Source of the DNA: an uncultured delta proteobacterium
Lineage (GTDB): Bacteria; Desulfobacterota; Syntrophobacteria; Syntrophobacterales; Syntrophobacteraceae
Assembly: GCA_963808625.1 (NCBI GenBank)
Contig: CAWEHK010000018.1
Location: forward strand, 64,001 to 128,000
Reading direction: 5' to 3'
Length of the DNA stretch: 64,000 bases
This document shows, piece after piece, positions 42,508-54,519 of this stretch. The position numbers were made by a program, and so were the translations under genes. Every line of letters begins with the position of its first letter. The stretch's first letter is position 1. A model generated the notes under the pieces. The model saw only the letters and a program-made list of their open reading frames with translations. It was not told the origin of the DNA and did no database searches.

Positions 42508-43521
42508 ATGGGTGATAAAGTTGTCAACGTTCTCGTCATCCTGATCACGGCGGCTGTATTCGTCATAATTGTTGCCGGGATGCGTGCCGCTGCTTCAATC
42601 ATCAATCCTTTCCTGATAGCGGTTTTTCTCTCTTCCCTCTGTGCGCCCCTGCTTTATTGGCTGCAGCGCCGGGGTGTTCCGAATGGCTTGGCAGTTGCCG
42701 CCATTGTCTTGGGACTTCTGGTGGTCGCGCTCCTTCTCATGATATTTACGGGGAGATCGTTGAATACTCTGGCGCAGCAAGTTCCGGTGTATCAAGAACG
42801 CCTTACGGAGCTCATAGCCCAGGTCTTCGACCGGCTAAACAATCTGGGTTTGGATATGACCCTATCGCCGTTGACCGATTTTGTCACCCCGGGAAGAGTC
42901 ATGAGCCTGGTTTCCTATTGCCTGTCGATCTTCAGGGCTTTATTTACGAACATGTTTCTGATTTTGCTCTTCGTCCTCTTTATTCTGCTGGAGACGGCGG
43001 GGTTTCCCCGGAAGCTGCAGGCTGCCTTTCCCGATCCGGAAGGAACCCTGGGCCATTTCAAAACCATGACGGCAAATGTAAATCGTTATATGGGATTTAA
43101 AGCGCTCTTCAGTCTGGCCACCGGGGTTTCTCTGTGGATCCTGTTGGCTCTTATCGGGGTCGAGTTCGCCGGGACCTGGGGGATGCTGGCATTTTTTTTG
43201 AACTTTATCCCGGCAATCGGTTCATTTATTGCCGCAATACCACCAATGATCTGGGCTTTGGTTCAGCTGGGTCTTCCCTCCGCCTTGTTCACTTTGCTGG
43301 CGTTTCTTGTCGTGAATATCGTCATCGGCAACCTCCTGGAACCAAGATTTATGGGGCACAGGTTGGGGTTGTCTCCTCTGGTCGTGATTCTTTCGATGAT
43401 ATTCTGGGGGTGGGTTTTGGGCCCCATCGGGATGGTGCTTTCAGTTCCACTCACCATGATCGGCAAAATAGCGCTTGCCACCAATGAAGACACCCGGTGG
43501 ATTGCCGTTATGCTGGAATAG
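42508..43521 (+). CDS. AI-2E (UPF0118) family transporter
   Basis: LNFIPAIGS, EPRFMG, FWGWVLGPIGMVLSVPLT. Confidence 0.93.
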   Translation: MGDKVVNVLVILITAAVFVIIVAGMRAAASIINPFLIAVFLSSLCAPLLYWLQRRGVPNGLAVAAIVLGLLVVALLLMIFTGRSLNTLAQQVPVYQERLTELIAQVFDRLNNLGLDMTLSPLTDFVTPGRVMSLVSYCLSIFRALFTNMFLILLFVLFILLETAGFPRKLQAAFPDPEGTLGHFKTMTANVNRYMGFKALFSLATGVSLWILLALIGVEFAGTWGMLAFFLNFIPAIGSFIAAIPPMIWALVQLGLPSALFTLLAFLVVNIVIGNLLEPRFMGHRLGLSPLVVILSMIFWGWVLGPIGMVLSVPLTMIGKIALATNEDTRWIAVMLE

Positions 43522-43613
43522 GGCCTTATCCCGGCAAACCCCGCCATGAAAAGCATCATTACCGATCTTGCCGGAACGGGCTCGGTCCTTACCCACTCCG
43601 AAAGGAAACGACC

Positions 43614-44907
43614 ATGCCCATGACCTATTACTTCATCAGCGATCTGCACATCGGGGGCGATGAGGCCCTCGGCGTCTGTGATTACGAGGCAGAGCTGATC
43701 GAGTTCCTGGAAAAGCTCGCGGGGCAGAAGGAAGACGCCGAACTCCTGATTATTGGTGATATCTTCGGCCTGTGGGAATTTACCGACCTCAAGGGGCCGG
43801 AGAAGCTCAAGGCGGTAATGGATCAGTTCCCAAATATCTTCAAGGCCTTACAGAATACCGGAAAGACGGTTGGGATCACCATGCTGCCCGGAAATCACGA
43901 CTATGAAATCGCCTGCTACCCTGAGTTCGTGGAAATGTTGAAACCGTATCATATCCACTTGGAGCAAACCCCGGCGATAACCAGAGAGATCGCGGGCAAG
44001 CGGATCTGGATCGAGCACGGCAACCAATACGATGCCTACAACCATATGCCCGACTTTGGCAACCCCCATGCCCAGCCGATCGGTTATTTCATTACCAGCA
44101 GTGTAGTCAGTACCGCCGGAAAACATTCGAAATTCGGAAAATACAATTGGTTAAAAGATATCCAGTCGGTCTATCCCTCAGAGCAAATTCCGTATTGGGT
44201 TCTGTCGAATTACTTCTACCAGGAGATGAGTCCTTTGCTGCGCTGGCTGATCCTGCCATTCGTGTTCTTGGCCGGATTCGAGATTTTCGTTTTGGGCGGG
44301 GCCGCGCTTGAGTGGCTTGGCAAAACCGATACCAATATCTTCCTCAACAACCGGCTGTTTAGTGCTCTGGGCATCGTCGGCAACCTGGTGCAGATGATCC
44401 TCATGGTCAACACCGTCCTTTTTGTGAACTTTGTCGCCCTGGCGGTGCCGCTCTACCTGATTTGGCGGGACTTCAAGGCAACCTTGCAACGATTTCGGAT
44501 CGTGTTGGATCCATCCGAACTGAGCAGCGAAAAAGAACAGCAATACTTGGAGGCGGCCCAAAAAGTCTTCGATCAGGATCCGGACACCAGCAATCTTTAT
44601 TTACGGCCACACCCATTTTCCCTCGCTGCGAAAATTCGGCCATCGGGTGGTGATCAACACCGGTACCTGGCTGAAAAGGCTTGATGATGTGCCAACCCGC
44701 TTCCGCTTCTTGCCCAAAATCTATGTTCCATTCTTTTGTCTTAACTATTTCAGGATCAGCGAGATCGAGGGCAAGATCGCCATCGACTACCACAGGATCG
44801 ACAAGGAGCAGCCAAAAGATTTGAGCTTTTTGCAGCGTTTGTTGATTTTCAAAAGACGCCGCCGGTCACCGGACCCCATTCCTGAGCGAACCTTGCTTGA
44901 GACCTGA
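43614..44907 (+). CDS. Calcineurin-like metallophosphoesterase with inserted TM segments; apparent frameshift near 44590
   Basis: SDLH, GDIF, GNHD, EHG, then FIYGHTH and NTGTW in the next frame. Confidence 0.82.
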
Positions 44908-45398
44908 GGCTGCAATATTTGTCCAAGTCAACTCTTTGAGCGGGTCCGCGCCGGGAATGGTGTAGGCATGCTGAACCGAGAATGCTCCTGTCATCAACTT
45001 GACAAACTGGCAGAAAGTCCCCAAATGGCGTTTCCCCGATCTTTAAACCCCATTGAAATTTGACGGTCTTGTATCCATCATCACTTGCCAGACACATCAT
45101 GGCGCCTCGAATCCCATTGACAGCATCCATGAATAGGTGCTGACTGAAATCTCTATTGGTTGGGCCAGGAGTTCAAACGAAACGCCATGTAATGGAAAGA
45201 GGCCTTGAAAAGTTCGCTCTATGACCTGGAACCATGAATTTCGAAAATCCAGCCACAAACTATACTTATGGCCAAGAACTGCACTTGGATTTCATTGTGG
45301 GCCGGCATTTGCCCAAAGGTTGCCCCGGGCCTGGCCGGCTATTTCTATCAGCAGGCGACCGGGGACAGCGGCAAAGGGGCCAACTTTAGGAGCTTGTC

Positions 45399-46746
45399 AT
45401 GACCGGCGCCGCGATACCTCCTCGAATTCACGTCTTGGCCAAGCCCACCGGGGCAATATGTAATCTTAAGTGTTCCTACTGCTTTTTTCTGAACAAGGAG
45501 CGTCTCTATCCCGGCAGTCACTTTCGCATGAGCGATGAAGTGCTGGAGACCTACATCCGCCAGCTCATAGAGTACCATCGCAGCCCCCAAGTGACGGTTT
45601 CCTGGCAGGGGGGGGAGCCCACTTTGATGGGGATCGACTTCTTCCGGCGGGCCATCGACCACCAGTATCGATACAAGAAGCCCGGCATGGTCTTCGAGAA
45701 CACCCTGCAGACCAACGGCACGCTCTTAAACGAGGAGTGGTGCGAGTTTTTCAAAGAACATAACTTCCTCATCGGCATCAGCATCGACGGGCCGCGCCAC
45801 CTGCACGATGTTTACCGGCGGGACAAACAGGGCCGACCGACTTTCGACAGGGTAATGCAGGGCCTCCGGTTGTTGCAGAAGCATGGGGTTGAGGTACAAC
45901 ATTCTGATTACCGTCAATCGCATCAATGCCGACCATCCCCTGGAGGTCTACCGGTTCCTGCGGGATGAAGCCGGCACCACCTGGATCCAGTTCATTCCCG
46001 CCATCGAGCGCCTGAGCGAAGGGAAAGTCACCATTTACCAGGAAGGGACGACGGTCTCGGAGCGCTCGGTCAAACCGAAGCAGTTCGGCCATTTCCTGAT
46101 CACTATTTTTGATGAATGGGTGCGCCACGACGTGGGCACGGTGTTTGTGCAGACCTTCGAGGCCGCGGTGAGGAATTGGCTGGGGCTGCCCTCCTCCGGC
46201 ATGTGTGTCTTCAATGCCACCTGCGGCCACGGGCTTGCCCTGGAGCATAACGGGGATCTCTACGCCTGCGACCATTTCGTGGAGCCCAAATATCTTCTGG
46301 GCAATATCCAGCAAAGCCACCTGCTGGAGTTAGTGGCCTCCGAACCGCAGCGCACCTTTGGCCGCAGCAAGCTGGAGGCCCTGCCCCGCTCCTGCCGGGA
46401 ATGTGAGGTCTGGTTCGCCTGCAAGGGGGAATGTCCCAAGAACCGGTTTCTCACCACCCCGGAGGGGGAGCCTGGACTGAACTATTTGTGTGCCGGCTAT
46501 AAGGCCTTTTTTCGCCACATCGACCGGCCCCTGAAGATCATGGCTCAATTGCTGCGCAAGGAACAGCCGGCCGCTCTGGTGATGGAGGTCCTGGCCGCAG
46601 AGGAAGCCCGACAGGCTTCTGTTCGGGGCAAGGTGGGGCGCAACGATCCCTGTCCGTGCGGCAGCGGGCTCAAGTTTAAAAAATGCCACTGCCACAGTAA
46701 CCCTGCCGAACCCGAGAAGAGCCTTCCGCAGGGGAGTCGCACTTAA
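45399..46746 (+). CDS. Anaerobic sulfatase-maturating radical SAM/SPASM enzyme with C-terminal SEC-C motif; apparent frameshift near 45893
   Basis: CNLKCSYC, WQGGEP, YACDH, CRECEVWFACKGECPK, GRNDPCPCGSG. Confidence 0.93.
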
Positions 46747-46856
46747 TCTTGGGATCAAGGAAAAGTGATGTCGCCAAACCCATCAGGAAAGACCTGGAGC
46801 AGGACTGGCGGACTCGTGATTAAAGTTCACCGTTAACCACACAGCAAGGAGGAGTT

Positions 46857-48347
<1,491 letters not shown>

Positions 48348-48348
48348 C

Positions 48349-48497
48349 TTTTCTGCCAGGCCCTGTCCCTGGCGAAAGGGAACAATCCCCCGTAAGTCCT
48401 TGACCCCGTCTCTGAGCATGGGTCGCCATGCCTTCCCTCAAACAACCCGAACAGTTGCCCGGGCCGCAAAGAGCCCGAATCTGCAAGGCTGGGAGTT
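48349..48497 (+). ncRNA. Putative IS110 bridge RNA (5-prime truncated)
   Basis: Upstream of the IS110 recombinase; ACAGTTGC (48451-48458) equals the element right end 48984-48991; CTGAG (48412-48416) is the reverse complement of the CTCAG junction; hairpins between guide pairs. Confidence 0.65.
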
Positions 48498-48992
48498 GGA
48501 GGATTGATGATGGACCTTGAACGTTTCATAGGTTTTGATGTCTCTAAGGAGCTGCTGGAGATTGCCATCTTGCCTGAAAAGGAGACATGGAGCAGTAGGA
48601 ATGATGAGGCAGGAGTCGAGGCATTGGTCAAACGGCTCAAAGGACTTAGTCCGAGTCTCATCGTGCTTGAGGCCACAGGCGGGCTAGAGACACTCGTATT
48701 GGCCTCCCTGGCCGCGGCCGGTCTTTCAGTGTGCATCATCAACCCGCGCCAAGTCCGCAGATTGCCAAGGCAACGGAGACGTTGCCAAAAACGGATAGAA
48801 TCGATGCCAACATATCAGCCCAGTTTGGCCAGAAGCTTCTTACACCCGCCTCATTGCAGCGGGCAAAGGAGTCAAGGTGGCATTGACGGCATGTATGAGA
48901 AAGTTACTCACAATCCTTAATGCCATAATTAAAAAATCATAAACCCTGGCAACAATCTTTCGCCGCCACCGTTGACAATTAATACAGTTGCT
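48349..48992 (+). mobile_element. Decayed, internally deleted IS110-family element
   Basis: GFDVSK, LEATGG, shifted AKTDRIDA, then directly the C-terminal YTRLIAAGKGVKVALTACMRKLLTILNA; right end TTGACA...ACAGTTGCT. Confidence 0.88.
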
Positions 48993-49085
48993 CAGGGCGA
49001 ACGGACTTTTGCATGCATAAGGTGCTGAATTTCCGTTCGTGGTGAGGTATCGAACGACGAATGGAAATAGTTCTGCAAGAGGCTC
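48991..49085. mobile_element. Right part of a second copy of the 153-bp MITE, starting at the IS110 CT junction
   Basis: Near-identical to 19332-19426. Confidence 0.88.
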
Positions 49086-49281
49086 CCCTTTCTGTTATGA
49101 TTTCATTGTCCACCCGGAGGATCGGGCTCTGCTCGGGAGCAACCCGAGCGCCGAGGTGGGTGAACGACGAAGGGGCAGGTCACCTCCCTCGTTCCCTTTA
49201 AGGAATTAGGCCGACCCAGGGCCAAAAGACGGAGCCCCTGAAGACATCGCAGAATCTCCCCCAATGGAAAGGTAATATGAT

Positions 49282-49806
49282 ATGAAGATCGCATCCCTGT
49301 TGGCAATGCTTGTGTTTGGCTTCGCATGTACGGTATCCAGAGGGCCGGGTTATAGTGACCAGGCGGTGGCGAGGGTCGACCTGGAGCGCTACATGGGGAA
49401 ATGGTACGAGATTGCATCTTTTCCAGCCTGGTTTCAACGGGACTGCTTCTGCACGACGGCGGAATATGAGCTCAGAGGAGATCATGTCTGGGTCAAAAAC
49501 AGTTGCCGCAAGGGGTCCCCGGGCGGGGATCTCGACGTTGCGACGGCAAAGGCTTTCGCCGTTGCCGGCAGCAACAATTCCCGCCTCAAGGTACAGTTTT
49601 TCTGGCCTTTCAAAGGAGACTACTGGATCATCGCCCTTGATGACAATTATCAATATGCCATGGTGGGTCACCCCGACAGGGAGTATTTGTGGATCCTGTC
49701 GAGGACTCCGGAGATGCCGGAGAATGTGTACCTGAGCTTGGTTGAGACCGCTCGCGAAAAGGGATATGACGTAACGAAACTCAGGAAGACACTTTGTGCC
49801 GATTAG
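49282..49806 (+). CDS. blc: Bacterial lipocalin lipoprotein
   Basis: VDLERYMGKWYEIA, KVQFFWPFKGDYWII, YLWILSRTP. Confidence 0.93.
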   Translation: MKIASLLAMLVFGFACTVSRGPGYSDQAVARVDLERYMGKWYEIASFPAWFQRDCFCTTAEYELRGDHVWVKNSCRKGSPGGDLDVATAKAFAVAGSNNSRLKVQFFWPFKGDYWIIALDDNYQYAMVGHPDREYLWILSRTPEMPENVYLSLVETAREKGYDVTKLRKTLCAD

Positions 49807-50071
49807 GGGGATATGCAGCACGTTGAGGCTGATGAAGCACTCCGGGGCCGCAGGTTTTCCGGTAATCGGCCAAGTGAAAGCTTTTGTAGATGATGTTGCC
49901 CACGGTCTCTTCCCGGGAAGAGACTTTCACCTTGGCATGGCCTCTTCCATGAGCCGAAGTTTAGCCAAGAACGCTTGCCGAAACGAGGGCAAGAGGCTAA
50001 GATCTCTCACGTCTTAGAATTATGCGTCAACAGTTGACGGCATCTTCGGGAAGAACAAGGGAGCAATCTCC

Positions 50072-51109
50072 GTGCGCTATCTCCCCCTGGGAAAAACCGG
50101 GATTGAGGCCTCCGAGGTCGGTTTCGGCGGCATCCCGATCATCCGCCTATCCACTGATGAGGCAATCCGGGTGCTTCGACGGGCCTTTGACCGGGGAATC
50201 AATCTTTACGATACCGCCAACATGTACCTCGACAGCGAGGAAAAGATCGGCCTGGCCTTCGATGGTCTGCGCCATCAGGTGGTCCTGGCCACCAAAACCA
50301 TCAAGCGCGACGCTGCCGGTGCTGCGGCCCATATCGAACAAAGCCTCCGCTTGTTGCGCACCGACTACCTGGACCTCTTTCAATTCCATCAGGTTTCTCA
50401 GGAAGCTGACTATCAAGCGCTTATCGGGCCGCAGGGTGCCCTGGAAGCCGTCACCCGCGCCAAACAATCCGGCGAGATCAGGCACATAGGGTTCTCATCC
50501 CACAGCCTTGAGATGGCTACGCGGCTCATCCGGACCGGGTTGTTCAGCACCGTCCAGTTCCCCTTCAATTTTCTGGAGGATGCCGCCGGGGAGGTGCTGC
50601 ACCCAATGGCAAGGGAGCTGGGCGTGGCTATTTTAGCGATGAAACCCTTTGGCGGCGGAATGCTTGAGAACGCCGGGCTGTGCTTCAAATTTCTGCGACA
50701 ATGGCCCGACGTCATCCCTTTGCCCGGTTTCGAAACCGTGGCAGGCGTCGATGAGATCGTCGCTTTCTATGATACCGAGAACGTAGTATCTCCGGAAGAT
50801 CTGGCGGCTATGGAGCGGTGCCGGCTGGAAATCGGGCAGCAGTTTTGTCGGCGCTGCGAATACTGTCAGCCATGCCCCCACGGGGTCATGATCACCCCGT
50901 CCATGATCTATCCGGTGATTGCCCATCGGATGTCTCCCGCCAAGGCCGCCCGCTTTTCCGCAAAAGCCATGGAATCGGTCGCGAACTGCATCGAATGCGG
51001 CGAGTGTCTCGAGCGCTGTCCCTATGGCCTGCCCATTCCCGAGATGATTCGAAGACACTACGCCATGTTTGAGGAGCACCTTGCCTGGGCGGAAAGGGCC
51101 GCGGGATAG
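50072..51109 (+). CDS. Aldo/keto reductase with C-terminal 4Fe-4S dicluster
   Basis: LGKTG, YDTANMY, LATK, DLFQFH; CRRCEYCQPCP and CIECGECLERCP. Confidence 0.92.
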   Translation: MRYLPLGKTGIEASEVGFGGIPIIRLSTDEAIRVLRRAFDRGINLYDTANMYLDSEEKIGLAFDGLRHQVVLATKTIKRDAAGAAAHIEQSLRLLRTDYLDLFQFHQVSQEADYQALIGPQGALEAVTRAKQSGEIRHIGFSSHSLEMATRLIRTGLFSTVQFPFNFLEDAAGEVLHPMARELGVAILAMKPFGGGMLENAGLCFKFLRQWPDVIPLPGFETVAGVDEIVAFYDTENVVSPEDLAAMERCRLEIGQQFCRRCEYCQPCPHGVMITPSMIYPVIAHRMSPAKAARFSAKAMESVANCIECGECLERCPYGLPIPEMIRRHYAMFEEHLAWAERAAG

Positions 51110-51149
51110 CGGCTGTTAATCCGAAACCGACACTGAGAGAGGAGGGTTT

Positions 51150-51761
51150 ATGCGTCGTTTTGGCATGATGATTTTGGGGTTCTTGATGGTGTTGTCCCTC
51201 TGTGCCGCAGCTTGGGCGGCAAGCGAGCAGGCCGTGAAACTGCGAGGCCGGAATGCCTTGTCCGAATACATGCCGCCCGAGGCTTTTCTTTCAGGCAATT
51301 TTGTGGCGGATGAGGTCGAACCGGTCTTCATTTTCGGAAAGGTGAGGGATTTTGCCAAAGCGCGCTCCTGTACGACCACCTGGCTGATCGAAGAGGGAGA
51401 AAAAAAACGGGTCGCGGCCTGGGACCGCCAAGCGGGCCCGATCGAGTACACCCTTTACCTGGAGGAAGACTGTCCGGGACAGGTCGCCTACTACGTCTTC
51501 GTCGACAGGTCTGAGGCCAATCTCAGCCAATGGATGAACTGGCGCCAGCAGTTTCACAAGAGCAAGACGGAGCCCCAGTACGGCACGGTCAAAACCGGCC
51601 TTGAACAGGCTGCTCAAACCGGGTTCCCTGTGGCCGCCGAGTTGCGCTTTGTCGAAATCAACGGCGATTTGTCGCTGAAGAAACCTGAAGAAGTTTTGAT
51701 CGCCGAACTCAAAGTGCAACCACTCTACGATCTTAAGCAGGGCAAAACGCTAACCAAATAA
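51150..51761 (+). CDS. Exported hypothetical protein
   Basis: Sec signal ending AWA; GGAGG RBS; co-oriented between two reductase genes. Confidence 0.75.
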   Translation: MRRFGMMILGFLMVLSLCAAAWAASEQAVKLRGRNALSEYMPPEAFLSGNFVADEVEPVFIFGKVRDFAKARSCTTTWLIEEGEKKRVAAWDRQAGPIEYTLYLEEDCPGQVAYYVFVDRSEANLSQWMNWRQQFHKSKTEPQYGTVKTGLEQAAQTGFPVAAELRFVEINGDLSLKKPEEVLIAELKVQPLYDLKQGKTLTK

Positions 51762-51854
51762 CCGAAACCGGCTCGGTCCCGTCGGCCTTTTGCCGCAAGC
51801 CTATGTGCTGAACCGCAAAAAGCCCGGACCTTTAATTACTTGGAGGTGGCTGTT

Positions 51855-53080
51855 ATGGCAGAGAAGGAATCAAAAGAGGGGTTGACCCGTCGAAACTTCA
51901 TCAGGACTGTCGGACTTGGCGGGATAGCGGCAACAGGCATCGAGATCGACCGGGCGATGGCGGCCCCGGCGCAGGCTGCGGGCCAGGCCCAAACCGTACC
52001 CAAGCGAAAGCTGGGGAAAACCGGGGTCGAGGTCTCTGATTCTCTGTTTGGGCGGGATGTTTGACACGATCAACAACCAGTTGCTGCTCAAACAGGCCTA
52101 CAACTGGGGAGTGACTTACTGGGACACGGCCGAAGGGTACGGCAACGGCAGAAGCGAAGAGGGCTTCGGCCGCTTTTTCAGCCGAAATCCCGAAGCCCGC
52201 AAGGAGATTTTCCTCGTCACCAAAACCCGTCCCGGCACGCCCGAGAAAATGACCGAGCAGCCTGGAGAAGAGCCTGAAAGAAATGCAGACCGATTACGTG
52301 GATATGTTTTTTGTCCACGCTATCACGGCTTCCAGTGAGCTTGGCGACCCCATCAGGGAGTGGGCGGCGAAAATGAAGAAGGCCGGCAAAATGAAGTTTT
52401 TCGGGTTCAGCACCCACACCAACATGGAGGATTGCCTGCTGGGCGCGGCCAAAATGAACTGGATCGACGGGATCATGTTTTCCTACAATTTTCGACTCAT
52501 GAACACCCCGAAAATGAAAGAAGCGCTGGCCGCCTGCGTCGACGCCGGCATCGGCCTGGTAGCCATGAAGACCCAGGGCAGCGGACCGGCCAAGGCCGAG
52601 AGTGAGATCGAATTGCAGGCGGTCAATAGATTCCTCGAACGCGGATTTACCGACAAGCAGGCCAAGCTGAAGGTCGTGTGGGAAAATCCCCACATTGCCA
52701 GCATTTGTTCTCAGATGCCCAGTCTGACCATCCTTTCGGCCAACGTGGCGGCCGCCCGGGACCTCACCAAGATGGGCCGCAGCGACCTCGATCTGTTCGA
52801 GAGGTTCGCCATGGATACCTGCTCAGGGTATTGCGCCGGTTGCGGCCGCATCTGCCAGGAGGCTGTGGGCGGGGCTGTACCGGTGAGCGATGTGATGCGC
52901 TGCTTGATGTACTACCGGGATTACGGCGACCGCGATCTGGCCCGGAATGTCTTTGCCGGTCTTTCCGGGGAAGCCAGAGCAAAACTGACCGAAGTTGACT
53001 ATGCCGGGGCCGAAAGGGCCTGCCCTCAGGGATTGGCCATCGCCAAACTCATGCGTGAGGCTGCACGCGTGCTGGTTTGA
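51855..53080 (+). CDS. Tat-signal aldo/keto reductase with Fe-S motif; apparent frameshifts near 52038 and 52262
   Basis: LTRRNFI, KRKLGKTG, YWDTAEGY, FLVTK, DMFFVH, YCAGCGRIC, CPQG. Confidence 0.85.
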
Positions 53081-53113
53081 CGGTCTGCATCTCATCTGAC
53101 CGTTCACAATGGC

Positions 53114-53161
53114 CGCGGATAAACAGATGAGGACGCAGATCTTTGCTCCGCTTTATCCGCG
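53114..53161. repeat. REP-like or terminator-like inverted repeat between convergent genes
   Basis: CGCGGATAAA / TTTATCCGCG. Confidence 0.45.
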
Positions 53162-53210
53162 TCTCCGTGATGACACCATGAACGAACTCTAGTGGTTTGT
53201 AGTGGGCGCT

Positions 53211-54436
53211 TCAGCGCTTGTTCTTGCGGGGTACTTTGAGCATAACGATCAGCCCCGCAATGAAGAAAACTTCAAGAGACAGGATGGCGATACGGGGGTT
53301 GTTTGTCTGCTGTGAGATGACCCCGTAGAGCAAAGGCCCGAAGATCGCGGCAACCTTCGAGCCGAAGGTCATGAAGCCAAAGAACTCGCCCTGCTTTTCA
53401 GGGGGCGACTCAAGTGCGATGAAGCTCCGCGCGGTCGCCTGGGTCCCGCCCAGAACCAGCCCTGCGCAAACCGAAAGCACATAGAAGGCGGAAGTGCTGG
53501 AGAAGGCAAAGATCCCGAGAAGTGCCCCAATCCACACCACGATGGTCAGGATCACCGTCTGCAGGGCGCCGATTCGTCTGGCGATGAATCCCGTGGCGAT
53601 TGACCCGGCGGCGGCGGAGAGCTGGATGATCATGAGCAGCATAACGTTCTGCCGCACACTGAAATGAAGGGTGTGTACGGTGTAGGAAGAAAAGAAGACG
53701 ATGATGGTCGACATCGCGTCGCTCACAAAGAAATATCCGAGAAGAAAGACGAAGACCGTTCGGAACGATCGAATTTCCTTAAAGGTCGCGAGGATGCGGA
53801 GAAAGCCGTCCTTGATGGAGGCGCCCTCGATTCTTGCCGAATTCGGGGAGTCTTTCAAAACAACGAATGCAGGCAGGGCGAAGACGGCGAACATAACCCC
53901 CGTGAGCAGGATAATGGCTTTTCCCTCGGCAACGCTCGGCACCATAAACACCATACACAAAAGCGCGGTCAGACCGCCGATATAGCCCAATCCCCAGCCA
54001 AGGCCCGAGAGTTTCTCAATCGATTCGGCCCCGGCAATCTCGGGGAGGAAAGCGTTGTAGAAGGTCATGGCGAGCGTGTAGCCCGTATAACCGGTGATCA
54101 CCAGAAGCATTGCCGGCAATACCGTGTCCGGTCCGGTGAAGTACAGGAGAACCGTGCTGACGATCGATACCCCGGCAGCCGCAGCCAGGAAGGTCTTCTT
54201 CTTTCCCCGCATGTCGGCTACCGCTCCCAGCAGAGGTGAGAGCACCACCGAGAGCAGCATGGCGGTGGAAACCGCGATCCCCCAAAGAAAATCCCCGTGC
54301 CCCTTGTCCCCTCCGACCACCACTTCTTTGAAATAGAGGATGAAGTAAGCGGTGATATGACCATGGAGAACCAGGCCATGCCGAAATCATAGAGAATCCA
54401 AGCGATGATTGCTGACGACGGCCTGGTTTTAGCCAT
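53211..54436 (-). CDS. MFS transporter (UMF1/Atg22-like); apparent frameshift near 54340-54355
   Basis: AWILYDFG, SPLLGAVAD, FYNAFLP, SGLGWGLGYIGG, EFFGF. Confidence 0.88.
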
Positions 54437-54519
54437 GGTATTCACCTGTGTCGGGGGGTGGGAAATGGTGCCGGGCATGGAACTCCCGGGTCATTTTCAG
54501 CTGAACCTCTTGAAAGAGT

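Noticed and set aside
49090..49262. Hairpin-rich stretch as 6S RNA or a riboswitch
   Set aside because: Pairing is loose and the gene context is wrong. It also reads as a possible 3-prime gene remnant (FIVHPEDRALL) cut by the MITE. An Rfam search would decide.
49959..50000. TTAGCC..CTTGCC/GGCAAG..GGCTAA leader hairpin as a riboswitch or SECIS
   Set aside because: No recognisable aptamer consensus and no in-frame TGA in the neighbouring genes.
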